Notes under the pieces: model-generated | Databases searched by the model: none | Seen by the model: the letters and a program-made list of their open reading frames with translations, nothing else | What the model was told of the DNA's origin: nothing | NCBI GenBank assembly: GCA_963976285.1 | Contig: CAXBJY010000012.1 | Coordinates: 23,830 to 87,829 of the forward strand | DNA length: 64,000 nt | DNA from: an uncultured Gammaproteobacteria bacterium | GTDB lineage: Bacteria; Pseudomonadota; Gammaproteobacteria; Ga0077536 | Direction: 5' to 3' | Made by a program: the position numbers and the translations under genes | Part shown: positions 29,658-38,798 of the stretch, piece after piece | Position numbering within the stretch: the first letter of the stretch is position 1 | Layout: each line of letters starts with the position of its first letter

Positions 29658-31520
29658 TTACGGCAGGCTGAAAACGCTCAGCACACCGCCGAGGCGGGTG
29701 TAGCTGTTCAAGCCCTTGTAAGCGCCGACGGCACCGAGACCGTCCGTGTCGTTGATCAAGCCAGCGGCCATGCCGATACCGGCCCAACCACCAACACCGG
29801 ACAGAACACCAACATACTGTTTGCCACCATGGCCCCAGCTGTTGACGTTACCGATGATGCCGGAAGGCGTTTTGAATTTCCAAAGCAGCTTGCCGCTCTT
29901 CGCGTCGATGGCTTTCAGATAGCCACCCAAGGTGCCGTAGAAAACAACATCGCCGGCCGTCGCCAGTGCGCCACTCCAAACGGAGAAGCGTTCCGGAATC
30001 GACCAGACGATTTTGCCTTTGTCCGCATCCCAAGCGATGAAGTTACCCAGGTTGTTATTGTTCGCGTTGTTACCGAACTCGGGGCCCGGTGACACACGAC
30101 CTGCAGGGAACATGCTCAGAACTGCGTTGACGTAAGGCTGACCCGCGACGTACTCACCACCGCTGACCGGCTCGTAGTTCATGCAGACGTGGTTCGTCGG
30201 CACATAGAACAAGCCAGTACGCGGGCTAAACGCTGCCGGTTGCTGGTCTTTCGAACCCAGCGCGGCAGGGCAAATGTTCGTCGAGTTGACGTCTTCGCCG
30301 TTAGCATGCGTGCTGTACTTCGCAACCACCTGGGGACGGCCCGTCTTCATATCGACGTGCGTTGCCCAGTTAACTGCGGGGTCAAATTTCTCGGCGACAA
30401 GCAGTGCACCGTTGGTGCGGTCCATGGTGTAACCAAAGCCGTTCCGGTCGAAATGGACCAACGCCTTCGTGTCTTTACCCTTGACCTTCATGTCGACGAG
30501 GATCATTTCGTTGATGCCGTCGTAATCCCACTCATCGTGAGGCGTCATCTGGTAAACCCAATGGGCCATACCAGTATCTACGTCACGCGAGAAAATCGAC
30601 ATCGACCACTTGTTGTCGCCAGGGCGAACAACCGGGTTCCATGTCGACGGATTACCGGTACCGTAGTAAAGGGCATTACGCTCTTTATCATACGGCCACC
30701 AACCCCAGGTCGAACCACCACCGATTTTCCACTGATCGCCTTTCCAGGTTTTCAGTGAAGAATCCTTGCCGATGGGTTGACCAAGCGACGTTGTCTTCAT
30801 CGGATCGACGAGCATATCCTCGTCCGGTCCCATGCTGTAGGCGCGCCAGGCGCGCTTGCCATCGCTGAGGTTATAGGCATTGATCCAGCAACGAACACCG
30901 AATTCCGCGCCCGACATACCCGTGATGACTTTGTCTTTCATCACATGCGGAGCGTTTGTATTCGTTTGTCCGAGTTTCGGATCGCCGTTCTTGACAGACC
31001 AAACCAACTCACCAGTTTTCGCGTTCAACGCGACCAACGTGGTGTCGGCCTGCTGTAACAGGATCTTGCCATCACCGTAACCAAGACCACGGTTCACCGT
31101 ATCGCAGCACATCACTGGGACGGTTTCGTCGTAATCCTGGACCGGGATGTATTCCCAAACGATTTCCAACGTATCGAGATTAATCGCGAACGTGTTGTTC
31201 GGGAATGCCGCATGAATGTACAACGTATCATGCGGAAGACCGGTTGCAGACCCGGGCAGTACCAGCGGACCACCTTCATGGCCACGCAGGACCCCCGTTG
31301 AGAATGTCCAGGCTGCTTGGAGCTTGTGCGCGTTCGTATTGTTGATTTGCTTCAACTCAGTATAACGCCAGTTCCAATAGTTACCGCCCGGAAAGGCCCA
31401 ATAGTTGGGGTCTTGGTTTAGCTTCTCTACACCAGCGTTAGCCAGCACCCCATTGGATGCCAGAACCACTACGAGAGAGGCTACCGTTATGAGCCATCGT
31501 TTTAACGATGATTTTCTCAT
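29658..31520 (-). CDS. xoxF: Lanthanide-dependent PQQ methanol dehydrogenase XoxF (XoxF5/4-like, clade not resolved)
   Basis: [19 protein letters not shown] (vicinal disulfide), [18 protein letters not shown] with the extra Ln-binding Asp (D-Y-D), [12 protein letters not shown]; AAGGAGGAGG RBS before ATG 31520; no mxaI. Confidence 0.96.
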   Translation of the reverse strand: MRKSSLKRWLITVASLVVVLASNGVLANAGVEKLNQDPNYWAFPGGNYWNWRYTELKQINNTNAHKLQAAWTFSTGVLRGHEGGPLVLPGSATGLPHDTLYIHAAFPNNTFAINLDTLEIVWEYIPVQDYDETVPVMCCDTVNRGLGYGDGKILLQQADTTLVALNAKTGELVWSVKNGDPKLGQTNTNAPHVMKDKVITGMSGAEFGVRCWINAYNLSDGKRAWRAYSMGPDEDMLVDPMKTTSLGQPIGKDSSLKTWKGDQWKIGGGSTWGWWPYDKERNALYYGTGNPSTWNPVVRPGDNKWSMSIFSRDVDTGMAHWVYQMTPHDEWDYDGINEMILVDMKVKGKDTKALVHFDRNGFGYTMDRTNGALLVAEKFDPAVNWATHVDMKTGRPQVVAKYSTHANGEDVNSTNICPAALGSKDQQPAAFSPRTGLFYVPTNHVCMNYEPVSGGEYVAGQPYVNAVLSMFPAGRVSPGPEFGNNANNNNLGNFIAWDADKGKIVWSIPERFSVWSGALATAGDVVFYGTLGGYLKAIDAKSGKLLWKFKTPSGIIGNVNSWGHGGKQYVGVLSGVGGWAGIGMAAGLINDTDGLGAVGAYKGLNSYTRLGGVLSVFSLP

Positions 31521-31954
31521 GACCTCCTCCTTCACACTTTTTTCACTATCACTGTTAACAGTCACGTGTTGACCTCTAAGGTGTTTAAACTCCTGGCCGG
31601 CCCGAGATCAAAAAACCGGTCGAGAGTATAGCTGTCTGTATTTTACGTTCGAACGCAATCGCCTCGGGTTCGCGATCGAACGTTTCCGGGAATGCACTGC
31701 ATGCATGACGCAAATCCGTGCGTGGAACGATGCCTGGTCTGCCGCGAAAACTTTGTTATTTTTGTGCCGGTGAGACCAGCCGCCTGCCACGATGCCGCTA
31801 CCGCCGCGAAGATCGGGTATCCCGGTGTTGCAACAACCGCCCGTAGAGTCGGCCTAAGGCCTGCGGTCGCGGGTGTCGAATCTGCGTGGGCTAGGATTTT
31901 TATGCTTGCTTTTCCGGTAATCGCAACGCGTCATTTTCTTCGACGCTTCAAAAG

Positions 31955-31982
31955 ATTATAGAGATTTATTTGCCCCCAGCAA
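31955..31982 (-). promoter_or_regulatory. Possible sigma70 promoter for xoxF
   Basis: Minus strand TTGCTG, 16 bp, perfect TATAAT (31960-31955), embedded in nested inverted repeats about 430 bp upstream of xoxF. Confidence 0.35.
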
Positions 31983-32111
31983 CCGTTTTCGGGACGGGCA
32001 AAATGCCCGATTCACGGTTGCCGCGACAACGGAAAATGAAGCGTCAAGACGTGCGGCACCGTATGTTCAGCCGCTGCCCGGCGAAGCAAAAACAGCGCCG
32101 CTGCGATCCGA

Positions 32112-32492
32112 CTAATCCGCCGCACTCGGCGCGTCTTTCGTTTTCTTGCGATTCGCTCCGATGAAGCATCGCTTCTTCGCGTCGGCACGTGCAGCTTCGA
32201 GTTTTGCCACGATTTCATCGGAACGATCGCTTTCGCGGAACAAACCGCCTTTCTCACCGGGCATACGCTTGTAAATTTCGTAAGTGCGCGCTTCGGTGAA
32301 ATCCTCGAAATCGACCGCCTGAGCAATAACGTCGATTTCACACGAGCACGCGTACAGATTATCGACCGTCTGCCCGCCGGCCAGACGCATGCAGGTGAGC
32401 ACGTGATCCACGCGTTCCAGGGTCGGGTAGTCATTCGCGCTCGCGAACGCAGCGGGTAAGATCAGAAAAAGACCGAGAAGTTTGGATTTCAT
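32112..32492 (-). CDS. Small secreted Cys-rich hypothetical protein upstream of xoxF
   Basis: Signal peptide ending ASA|NDYPT; four Cys (TCM, CSC, RCF). It resembles, from memory, NDYPT-type proteins near PQQ dehydrogenase genes. Confidence 0.7.
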   Translation of the reverse strand: MKSKLLGLFLILPAAFASANDYPTLERVDHVLTCMRLAGGQTVDNLYACSCEIDVIAQAVDFEDFTEARTYEIYKRMPGEKGGLFRESDRSDEIVAKLEAARADAKKRCFIGANRKKTKDAPSAAD

Positions 32493-32625
32493 GAATTCTC
32501 TACTCTCGCGCTTGGCGTTAATCTAAAGATTATATCAGAGGAATCCGCTAGCTTACTTAGGGCGCGGCCCCGGAAGGCCGCGACCGTTAGAAAAAGCGCA
32601 ACGTTTAATCAAGTGTATTTTCCCC

Positions 32626-33603
32626 ATGAGTAATATCCTCGTTACCGGCGGCGCCGGGTATATCGGCAGCCACACGGCCAAGTTGCTCGGCGCTGCCGGG
32701 CATACGCTCACCACGCTCGATGACCTGAGCAAGGGTTTCCGCGAAGCGGTTCTGTTCGGCGAACTCGTTGTTGGCGATGTCGGCGACATGGAGCTCGTGG
32801 ATTCGATCCTGAGCAAGAACGGGATCGATTCCGTGATTCATTTCGCCGCGAAAACGATCGTACCGGAGTCGGTCGAGAATCCGCTGCTGTACTACGGCAA
32901 CAACACGAGCAAAACCCGCAACCTGATTGAATGCTGCGTCCGAAACGGCGTACGCAACTTTATTTTTTCGTCGACCGCCGCGGTGTACGGTATCCCGGCC
33001 TCGGGCCGCTGCAGTGAGCAGTCGCCGCTCGCACCGATCAATCCGTACGGCACCTCGAAAATGATGTCGGAAATGATCCTCCGCGACACGGCCGCCGCGA
33101 GCGATCTGAATTACGTGATCCTGCGCTACTTCAACGTCGCCGGTTCCGATCCGGACGGCGAGATTGGCCAGTCGACTCCGAACGCAACGCTGTTGATCAA
33201 GGTTGCCTGCGAAGTCGCGATGGGTAAACGCGAAAAGCTGCTCGTCTACGGGACGGATTACGACACGCCCGATGGCACCGGCGTGCGCGACTACATACAC
33301 GTAAGCGACCTCGCGCTCGCACACCTGAACGCGCTCGAGTACCTCGAACGCGGCGGGCAATCACAAACGCTGAACTGCGGCTACGGTCGCGGCATGAGCG
33401 TTAACGAGATCATCGAGATCGTCGAGGCGGCGCACGGCAGCCCGATCAACGTCGAACGGGTCGGGCGTCGCGCCGGCGATCCCCCGTCCCTCGTCGCCGA
33501 GGCCGACGCGATCCGGACCCTGCTCGGCTGGCATCCGCAACATGCTTCGGCCGACGAGATCGTACGCACCTCGCTCGCATGGGAGCAAAATCGCAAATGG
33601 TAG
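32626..33603 (+). CDS. galE: UDP-glucose 4-epimerase
   Basis: LVTGGAGYIGSH, HFAAK, FSSTAAVYG, YGTSK, LRYFNVAG, GTGVRDYIHV, RRAGDP. Confidence 0.93.
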   Translation: MSNILVTGGAGYIGSHTAKLLGAAGHTLTTLDDLSKGFREAVLFGELVVGDVGDMELVDSILSKNGIDSVIHFAAKTIVPESVENPLLYYGNNTSKTRNLIECCVRNGVRNFIFSSTAAVYGIPASGRCSEQSPLAPINPYGTSKMMSEMILRDTAAASDLNYVILRYFNVAGSDPDGEIGQSTPNATLLIKVACEVAMGKREKLLVYGTDYDTPDGTGVRDYIHVSDLALAHLNALEYLERGGQSQTLNCGYGRGMSVNEIIEIVEAAHGSPINVERVGRRAGDPPSLVAEADAIRTLLGWHPQHASADEIVRTSLAWEQNRKW

Positions 33604-34400
33604 CGCCACACGGGCAACGTTGCCGCCATGCCCGGGTAGCCATCCGCGCCATCGCGGTCCTGCTGGCGGGCTTATTCGCAGCCTTGCCGGCGACGACGGT
33701 TGCGGCCGATCTCGTTGGTCTCATTTCCGCGATCAAGCCGAGCATAGTCGGGGTCGGCACGTCGCAGGCAACGCGGCGGCCGCCACATGAACTGCTCGGC
33801 ACCGGCTTCGTCGTTGGCGACGGCAGCCTCGTACTGACAAACGCCCATGTCGTGCCGGATGATCTTGACGATTCAAAGTTCGAAAAGCTCGTCGTGTTCT
33901 TCGGCACCGGCAAGAAGGTCCGCGGGCGCGAAGCGAGCGTCGTCGCGACGGACCGGACCCACGACCTCGCGCTCCTGCGTCATGCCGGACCGAAAGCACC
34001 GGCGCTGCGCATTGCCGGCCGGGAAACGGTGCCGGAAGGGACGCAGATCGCGTTTACCGGATTTCCGATCGGCGCCGTGCTGGGCCTGTATCCCGTGACG
34101 CACACAGGGATCATCTCGGCGATCACGCCAACGGCGATTCCGGCACCGAACTCAACGAGTCTCAGCGCGAATCAGATCAGGGCCTTGCGCGCCCCCTATT
34201 CCGTGTACCAACTCGATGCAACGGCGTACCCGGGCAACAGCGGCAGCCCCCTCATCGATGTTGAATCCGGTACCGTGATCGGGATCATCAACAAGGTGCT
34301 GGTGAAGAAAACGAAGGAAAACCTGTTGCGGGATCCAAGCGATATCAGCTATGCGATCCCGGCGACGTTTCTGCTCGACTTGCTCGCGAAAGCCCGCTGA
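33597..34400 (+). CDS. Secreted trypsin-like (S1) serine protease without PDZ domain
   Basis: Triad TNAHVV / HDLALL / GNSGSP; signal peptide; start overlaps the galE stop. Confidence 0.85.
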   Translation: MVAPHGQRCRHARVAIRAIAVLLAGLFAALPATTVAADLVGLISAIKPSIVGVGTSQATRRPPHELLGTGFVVGDGSLVLTNAHVVPDDLDDSKFEKLVVFFGTGKKVRGREASVVATDRTHDLALLRHAGPKAPALRIAGRETVPEGTQIAFTGFPIGAVLGLYPVTHTGIISAITPTAIPAPNSTSLSANQIRALRAPYSVYQLDATAYPGNSGSPLIDVESGTVIGIINKVLVKKTKENLLRDPSDISYAIPATFLLDLLAKAR

Positions 34401-34419
34401 ACGGCGGCGCGCCGCTTGG

Positions 34420-35298
34420 CTATCCGTCGCGCAAAGCCGCGGCGAGCGCCCGTTCGAGCGCGCGCCGTTCGGACGCCGACGTGAACGAGTGATCGGCGGC
34501 CGGGAAATCGGTCACGCTCACATTGTCCCTGCCCATCACGTCGGACCAGCGGCGCTGCATCTTCACGAGTTCACGAAACTCCTGGGCGACGAGGTCGTTG
34601 CCGGATAACGCGACGAGTACGCTGCCGTCGAAGCGGCGCAGTCCCACGAGCATCCGATACACGTATCCCGGTGCGCGGATCATCGTCGTTTCCGGGGTCA
34701 GCGCGGATTTCAGAAAATGCATGAGATATCCGCCGAGTGACAACAGGCTTTTCGGGATATTGATCTTGCCGGTGACGAGCTTCTTCCAGAATTCCTTGCC
34801 CCGCAAGCGCGAGATGTAATATCCCTCGATGCGCGCCCGTGCTTCGAGGTTGCTGGAATGCACCCACGGATTGATCAACAGCAGCGTGTCGACCTTGCTA
34901 ATCTGATGCCCGGCCATGAGCGCCGCCGAGGCCCCGTCACACAGGCCACACAGTGCCAGGCTACGCAGCGCAGGCACGTTGTTCACGAGCGTTTCCACCG
35001 CGGCTTCTATGTCCGGGAACGTGTTTTCGAACCCGTCATAATTACCGCGATTGTCACCGATCCCGCGATGATCGAAGCGCAGCACAGCCACCCCCGCCTC
35101 GGCCAGGTTGCGTGCGAGTTGCACGAACAGACGGTGGCTGCTGACCCGGTACTGATCGCCACCCGCCACGAGCACGACGCCAACCTCGGCGCCACGGGGC
35201 CGGTTGATAATACCGACGAGTTCCGTGCCTTCGCAGCGAAACACGACCGGAAACTCGTCGCCGTAATCCGCGGCCCCGGTCTGCTGTGCCGCCGTCAC
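34420..35298 (-). CDS. Alpha/beta hydrolase 1, exosortase A system-associated type
   Basis: GGDQYRVSSHRLFV, RFDHRGIGD, GLCDGASA, LINPWV, YYISRL, ADHSF; GTGA overlap with hydrolase 2. Confidence 0.82.
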   Translation of the reverse strand: MTAAQQTGAADYGDEFPVVFRCEGTELVGIINRPRGAEVGVVLVAGGDQYRVSSHRLFVQLARNLAEAGVAVLRFDHRGIGDNRGNYDGFENTFPDIEAAVETLVNNVPALRSLALCGLCDGASAALMAGHQISKVDTLLLINPWVHSSNLEARARIEGYYISRLRGKEFWKKLVTGKINIPKSLLSLGGYLMHFLKSALTPETTMIRAPGYVYRMLVGLRRFDGSVLVALSGNDLVAQEFRELVKMQRRWSDVMGRDNVSVTDFPAADHSFTSASERRALERALAAALRDG

Positions 35299-36110
35299 GC
35301 TTGCGCTCCGGCGATGAAGTCGACCACGCACGCGATGGCGTCGGTCGGCAGGCTTGGGAGCTCCTGCGACCAGAACGGTTCCGTTGCAACGAATGCATAC
35401 GTCGCGTCCGCCCCCTCCGCGCACCATGATTCAGCGAGGGCGCGCATCGCCGCATTACGCCGGGTTTCGGGCGAGCGTCCACAGCCGAGTACGAGGGCGT
35501 GTTGCAGCCGCGCGCCGAGATCTTCGATCGTGGCGTCGTTGAGGCTGGCGTACAGGCCGGACGACAGGTCGTAACCTCCGACTTCCATCGACGCGCCACC
35601 GGCCAGGGCCTCGGTGAGCATCGCAATCGATTCTTTCGTGCCCTCGAAAATTGAGCGCGCCACGCGTAACTGCAGGAACTCACGCACGGAATCGGCGCCG
35701 GTGACAAATGGTTCGACGAGGCAGATGCGGGCGAAGCGATCCGGTTCGGCGTCGAGCAGATCGCTCAGGAACAAGGCCCCGGCGCGCAACGCAACGAGAT
35801 GCACCGGGCCCGCCTTGTCATGCAACCAGGCCGAAGCCAGACGCAATTCCTCGATCCAGCGGGACCACTCGGCGTTGCGAAACTCGCCGGTACTGTCGCC
35901 CGTACCGGACAGGTCCGGTTGCAGGACATGAAAGCCGGCTTCGCTGAGCCTGAACGAGATCCGGGATACGAACGAACGCGTGCGGTTCATTTCCTCGGCG
36001 AAGGCCGGCAACATGAGGACGCTGCCGCGTACTGGGACGTGGGCGACCGGTTCGCGATGGATGCAGAACAGCCGTTCGGCGCCGGACTCGATGAATAGTG
36101 GTTGTATCAA
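35295..36110 (-). CDS. Alpha/beta hydrolase 2, exosortase A system-associated type
   Basis: PAFAEEMNRTR, DLSGTGDSTGEF, ALRAGA, FLQLRVA, EVGGY, EPFW; TTG start with GAGGGG RBS. Confidence 0.82.
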   Translation of the reverse strand: MIQPLFIESGAERLFCIHREPVAHVPVRGSVLMLPAFAEEMNRTRSFVSRISFRLSEAGFHVLQPDLSGTGDSTGEFRNAEWSRWIEELRLASAWLHDKAGPVHLVALRAGALFLSDLLDAEPDRFARICLVEPFVTGADSVREFLQLRVARSIFEGTKESIAMLTEALAGGASMEVGGYDLSSGLYASLNDATIEDLGARLQHALVLGCGRSPETRRNAAMRALAESWCAEGADATYAFVATEPFWSQELPSLPTDAIACVVDFIAGAQA

Positions 36111-36497
36111 TGAACCCCTCAACCACCGCGGACGTTCAGGCATCCGCATGTTGTTGTCATTGTTGAACGCGTTAGTCGCGGCGACCGCTTACCGCCGGAC
36201 CCGGGGCAGTCTACCCGCGCCCGGATCCGAGTACAAACCGGGCCTGAGCCGGATTCGACGTGCGCCACAACGACATCAAAATTTGCAATCGGGCGCGCGA
36301 TTCACGCGCGACATCGGGGATATCATTCGCCCCCACGGCACCCGTTGTAGGGCACCACCGTAGCTGGCGCAACGGGATCACGCCGGCAGTGCTGCTTCAG
36401 TTTTTGACGGCCAGTTCCGTTACAAAGTACACACACGCAGGTAGACTTCGAACGGCAAGCCGCCGCGCATGAAACAGACTGAACAAAGGTAAATCGA

Positions 36498-37304
36498 GTG
36501 GAAGCTGAAACGCACAATATCGACGCGCACGACAAATTTCTCGATTACACCTCCGATCGCATGGATGCACCCGCGGTGCAAAAGCGCTTCGCCGATCTGA
36601 AATCGAAAGTCGAGGCCGCGTTTCCGGCCTCGCGCGACCCCGCGGCGGTCGACGTGCTCGATGTCGGCTGCGGTATCGGAATCCAGTCGCGGTTGTGGGC
36701 GAAAGAAGGTTACAAGGTCACCGCACTCGACTACGACCCCGGCCTGATCGGCCTCGCCACGGAGCGCTCGCAAGCGGCCGGCCTCGATATCGACTTCAAC
36801 TGCGGCAGCGCTGAGGACATTCCGTTCGAGGATCGACGCTTCGACGTCTGCCTCGCGATCGAATTGCTGGAACACGTGAACGACTGGCGCGCCTGTCTCG
36901 ACGAATTTTGCCGGGTGCTCAAGCCGGGCGGATTCCTGTTGTTGACGACGAGCAACGTGATTTGCCCGAAACAAAACGAATACCGCCTGCCGCTGTACAG
37001 CTGGTGGCCAGGATTCATCAAAAAGTATGTGCCGGAACTCGTGCGGACGAAATATCCGGCGCTGGCCAACCATTCGCCGTGCCCGGCGCTGCACTGGTTT
37101 TCCATCTTCCAGTTGCGGCGGGAACTCGGCAACCGTGGCATGACCGTGAAGGATCGGGTCGACATGATCGATTTGGCCGGTAAACCCGCCGTCGTCGCGG
37201 CGCTCGTACGACTGGCCCGGAAGTTCGATCTCGTGCGACTCGGTTTCTACCTGTTCTACACGGGAACGATCGTGTACGCGTACAAGGACCCGGATCTCGC
37301 CTGA
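36498..37304 (+). CDS. Class I SAM-dependent methyltransferase (UbiG-like fold)
   Basis: VLDVGCGIG, ALDYD, GSAEDIPF, FDVCLAIELLEHV, RVLKPGG. Confidence 0.85.
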   Translation: MEAETHNIDAHDKFLDYTSDRMDAPAVQKRFADLKSKVEAAFPASRDPAAVDVLDVGCGIGIQSRLWAKEGYKVTALDYDPGLIGLATERSQAAGLDIDFNCGSAEDIPFEDRRFDVCLAIELLEHVNDWRACLDEFCRVLKPGGFLLLTTSNVICPKQNEYRLPLYSWWPGFIKKYVPELVRTKYPALANHSPCPALHWFSIFQLRRELGNRGMTVKDRVDMIDLAGKPAVVAALVRLARKFDLVRLGFYLFYTGTIVYAYKDPDLA

Positions 37305-37316
37305 GGCACGGCTCGC

Positions 37317-37586
37317 TTAGTTCGCGATCTTTTCCGCGACGAAATTCGCCAGCGTCCCGACCGTCTCGAACAATTCCGCCGACACTTCGTCGTCTTCGAA
37401 CGTAATGCCGAACTCGTCTTCGAGTTCCAGCATCAGGGCGACCACGGAGTGAGAATCAAAGCCCGGCAGATTCCCGACCAGCGCCGTGTGTCGATCCACG
37501 TTTCCGCCGGCGTCGTCGAGCACGAGCACGGTGTCGAGGACGGTGATTACATTGTTTACGAGCGTGTCGTCGGCGGTCCGGTTCAT
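37317..37586 (-). CDS. Acyl carrier protein
   Basis: Acidic 89-aa protein, FDSHSVV phosphopantetheine Ser, LEDEFGI, FETVGTL. Confidence 0.88.
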   Translation of the reverse strand: MNRTADDTLVNNVITVLDTVLVLDDAGGNVDRHTALVGNLPGFDSHSVVALMLELEDEFGITFEDDEVSAELFETVGTLANFVAEKIAN

Positions 37587-37660
37587 CGGTTGTTCGTTCT
37601 GCTGTTAAATATGGCCTGTCTCCGCGCGGTCCCGGCCGAAGGCCGCTGAACCGGGCGGGT

Positions 37661-38746
37661 TCAAGAGGTGTTGCTGGCGCTAGTGTTACTCAAGCGGCGT
37701 TTCCATGACAACAGCTTCCCCCACGGGGAACGCGTATTGATGCATTCGAAACCCCAGTGTTCGCCCTTCACGGACACCCAGTCGGCCTTGTAGGCATCGT
37801 CGCCGCTGAGGAAATCGATACACCGGGTATCGGGCATGCGCAGAAATTCCTCAATCATCGCGGCCGTCAACAGTGAGCCAACGGAGTATTTCGCGAAACG
37901 CGGGCGGTAGGACAATTTGAAAACGCCCCAGTGGTCACCGATCCGCAGCCAGATCTGCGCGGCCGCCGGCTCCTCATCGACGTACAGTATGCCGGCCCGG
38001 GCGCGATCCGCGGCAATCAGGTGTTTCATCACGGCGCGAATAAATTCCGGATGGGATTCTTCCGGTTTCCAGCTGTCCGCATACACGCGTTCGAAATCGG
38101 CAAGCGCGGTATCGAGGTCGCCTGCGGGGCCGGTAATGTCGATGCGCGCCTGCGTCTCCCGTTCGAGCAGGCGGGATTTGCGTTTCAGGGTGCTGCGCAG
38201 CTGTCCGGGCCGCTGCGCCAGGTAAGCGTCATAGCTCGGTGCTGCCGTGAACGGCTCGTGCCAGTTCGCGGTTTTTCCGAAACGCCGGGTCGCGTAGCCG
38301 TGTGCCGCGAACGCATCGATCATGGCGGCATACAATCGCGTCTCGCCGCGCAGGGGGCTCAGTTCGATCAACGCCGCGCGCGGAAATGAATCGACGAGAT
38401 AATCCGTGAGCGTTTGCGCGATCGCGGCCGGGTCGTCCGCTTCGAAGCCGGCGTTCGTTACCGGCGCGTAGATGTTCGTGTAGAAGTTCGCCATGGAACG
38501 AACTTTCGCGACCCGCAGCCAGCGATGCGTTTCGATGATCAGCGGCAGTATGAGACGCGGTCGCTCGTCAGCGGCAACGACGACATAACACGCCTGTTCG
38601 TTCGTTTTGAGTAAGCGCGCTTCGAATTCACGCAGCCATGTCCCGCACATGAACGGGTTCGTGGCGCCAAAATTCTCGGCCATCTCGCGCACCGCCGGCG
38701 GCAGATCGGCGTAGCGCGCGAAACCCGTTGCGTTCATGCTCGCCAT
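37661..38746 (-). CDS. GNAT-family (CelD/BcsL, FemAB-like) acyltransferase
   Basis: LRSTLKRK, AAAQIW, KLSYRPRFAKYSVGSLLT, IDFLSGDDAYKADW. Confidence 0.78.
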   Translation of the reverse strand: MASMNATGFARYADLPPAVREMAENFGATNPFMCGTWLREFEARLLKTNEQACYVVVAADERPRLILPLIIETHRWLRVAKVRSMANFYTNIYAPVTNAGFEADDPAAIAQTLTDYLVDSFPRAALIELSPLRGETRLYAAMIDAFAAHGYATRRFGKTANWHEPFTAAPSYDAYLAQRPGQLRSTLKRKSRLLERETQARIDITGPAGDLDTALADFERVYADSWKPEESHPEFIRAVMKHLIAADRARAGILYVDEEPAAAQIWLRIGDHWGVFKLSYRPRFAKYSVGSLLTAAMIEEFLRMPDTRCIDFLSGDDAYKADWVSVKGEHWGFECINTRSPWGKLLSWKRRLSNTSASNTS

Positions 38747-38798
38747 CGACGTTTCCGGTTGCCGGGCCGCAGGCCGGCTCGCGCTCCTTGCCTGCCGC

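Noticed and set aside
29658-31520. Ca-dependent MxaF or ExaF/PedH alcohol dehydrogenase
   Set aside because: The D-Y-D lanthanide motif is present (MxaF has D-x-A), no mxaI is present, and the surrounding motifs are of the methanol-dehydrogenase type.
31707-31875. c-di-GMP-I (GEMM) riboswitch resemblance (GACGCAAA at 31707, GGCCTAAGG at 31851)
   Set aside because: The elements are about 140 bp apart, lack the GGCAAA/GAAA P1 stem, and lie on the strand opposite to xoxF.
36350-36364. Possible sigma54 promoter GGGCAC-N5-TAGC upstream of the methyltransferase
   Set aside because: GG-N10-GC spacing is correct, but both the T of TGGC and the TTGC box mismatch; this is likely by chance in GC-rich DNA.
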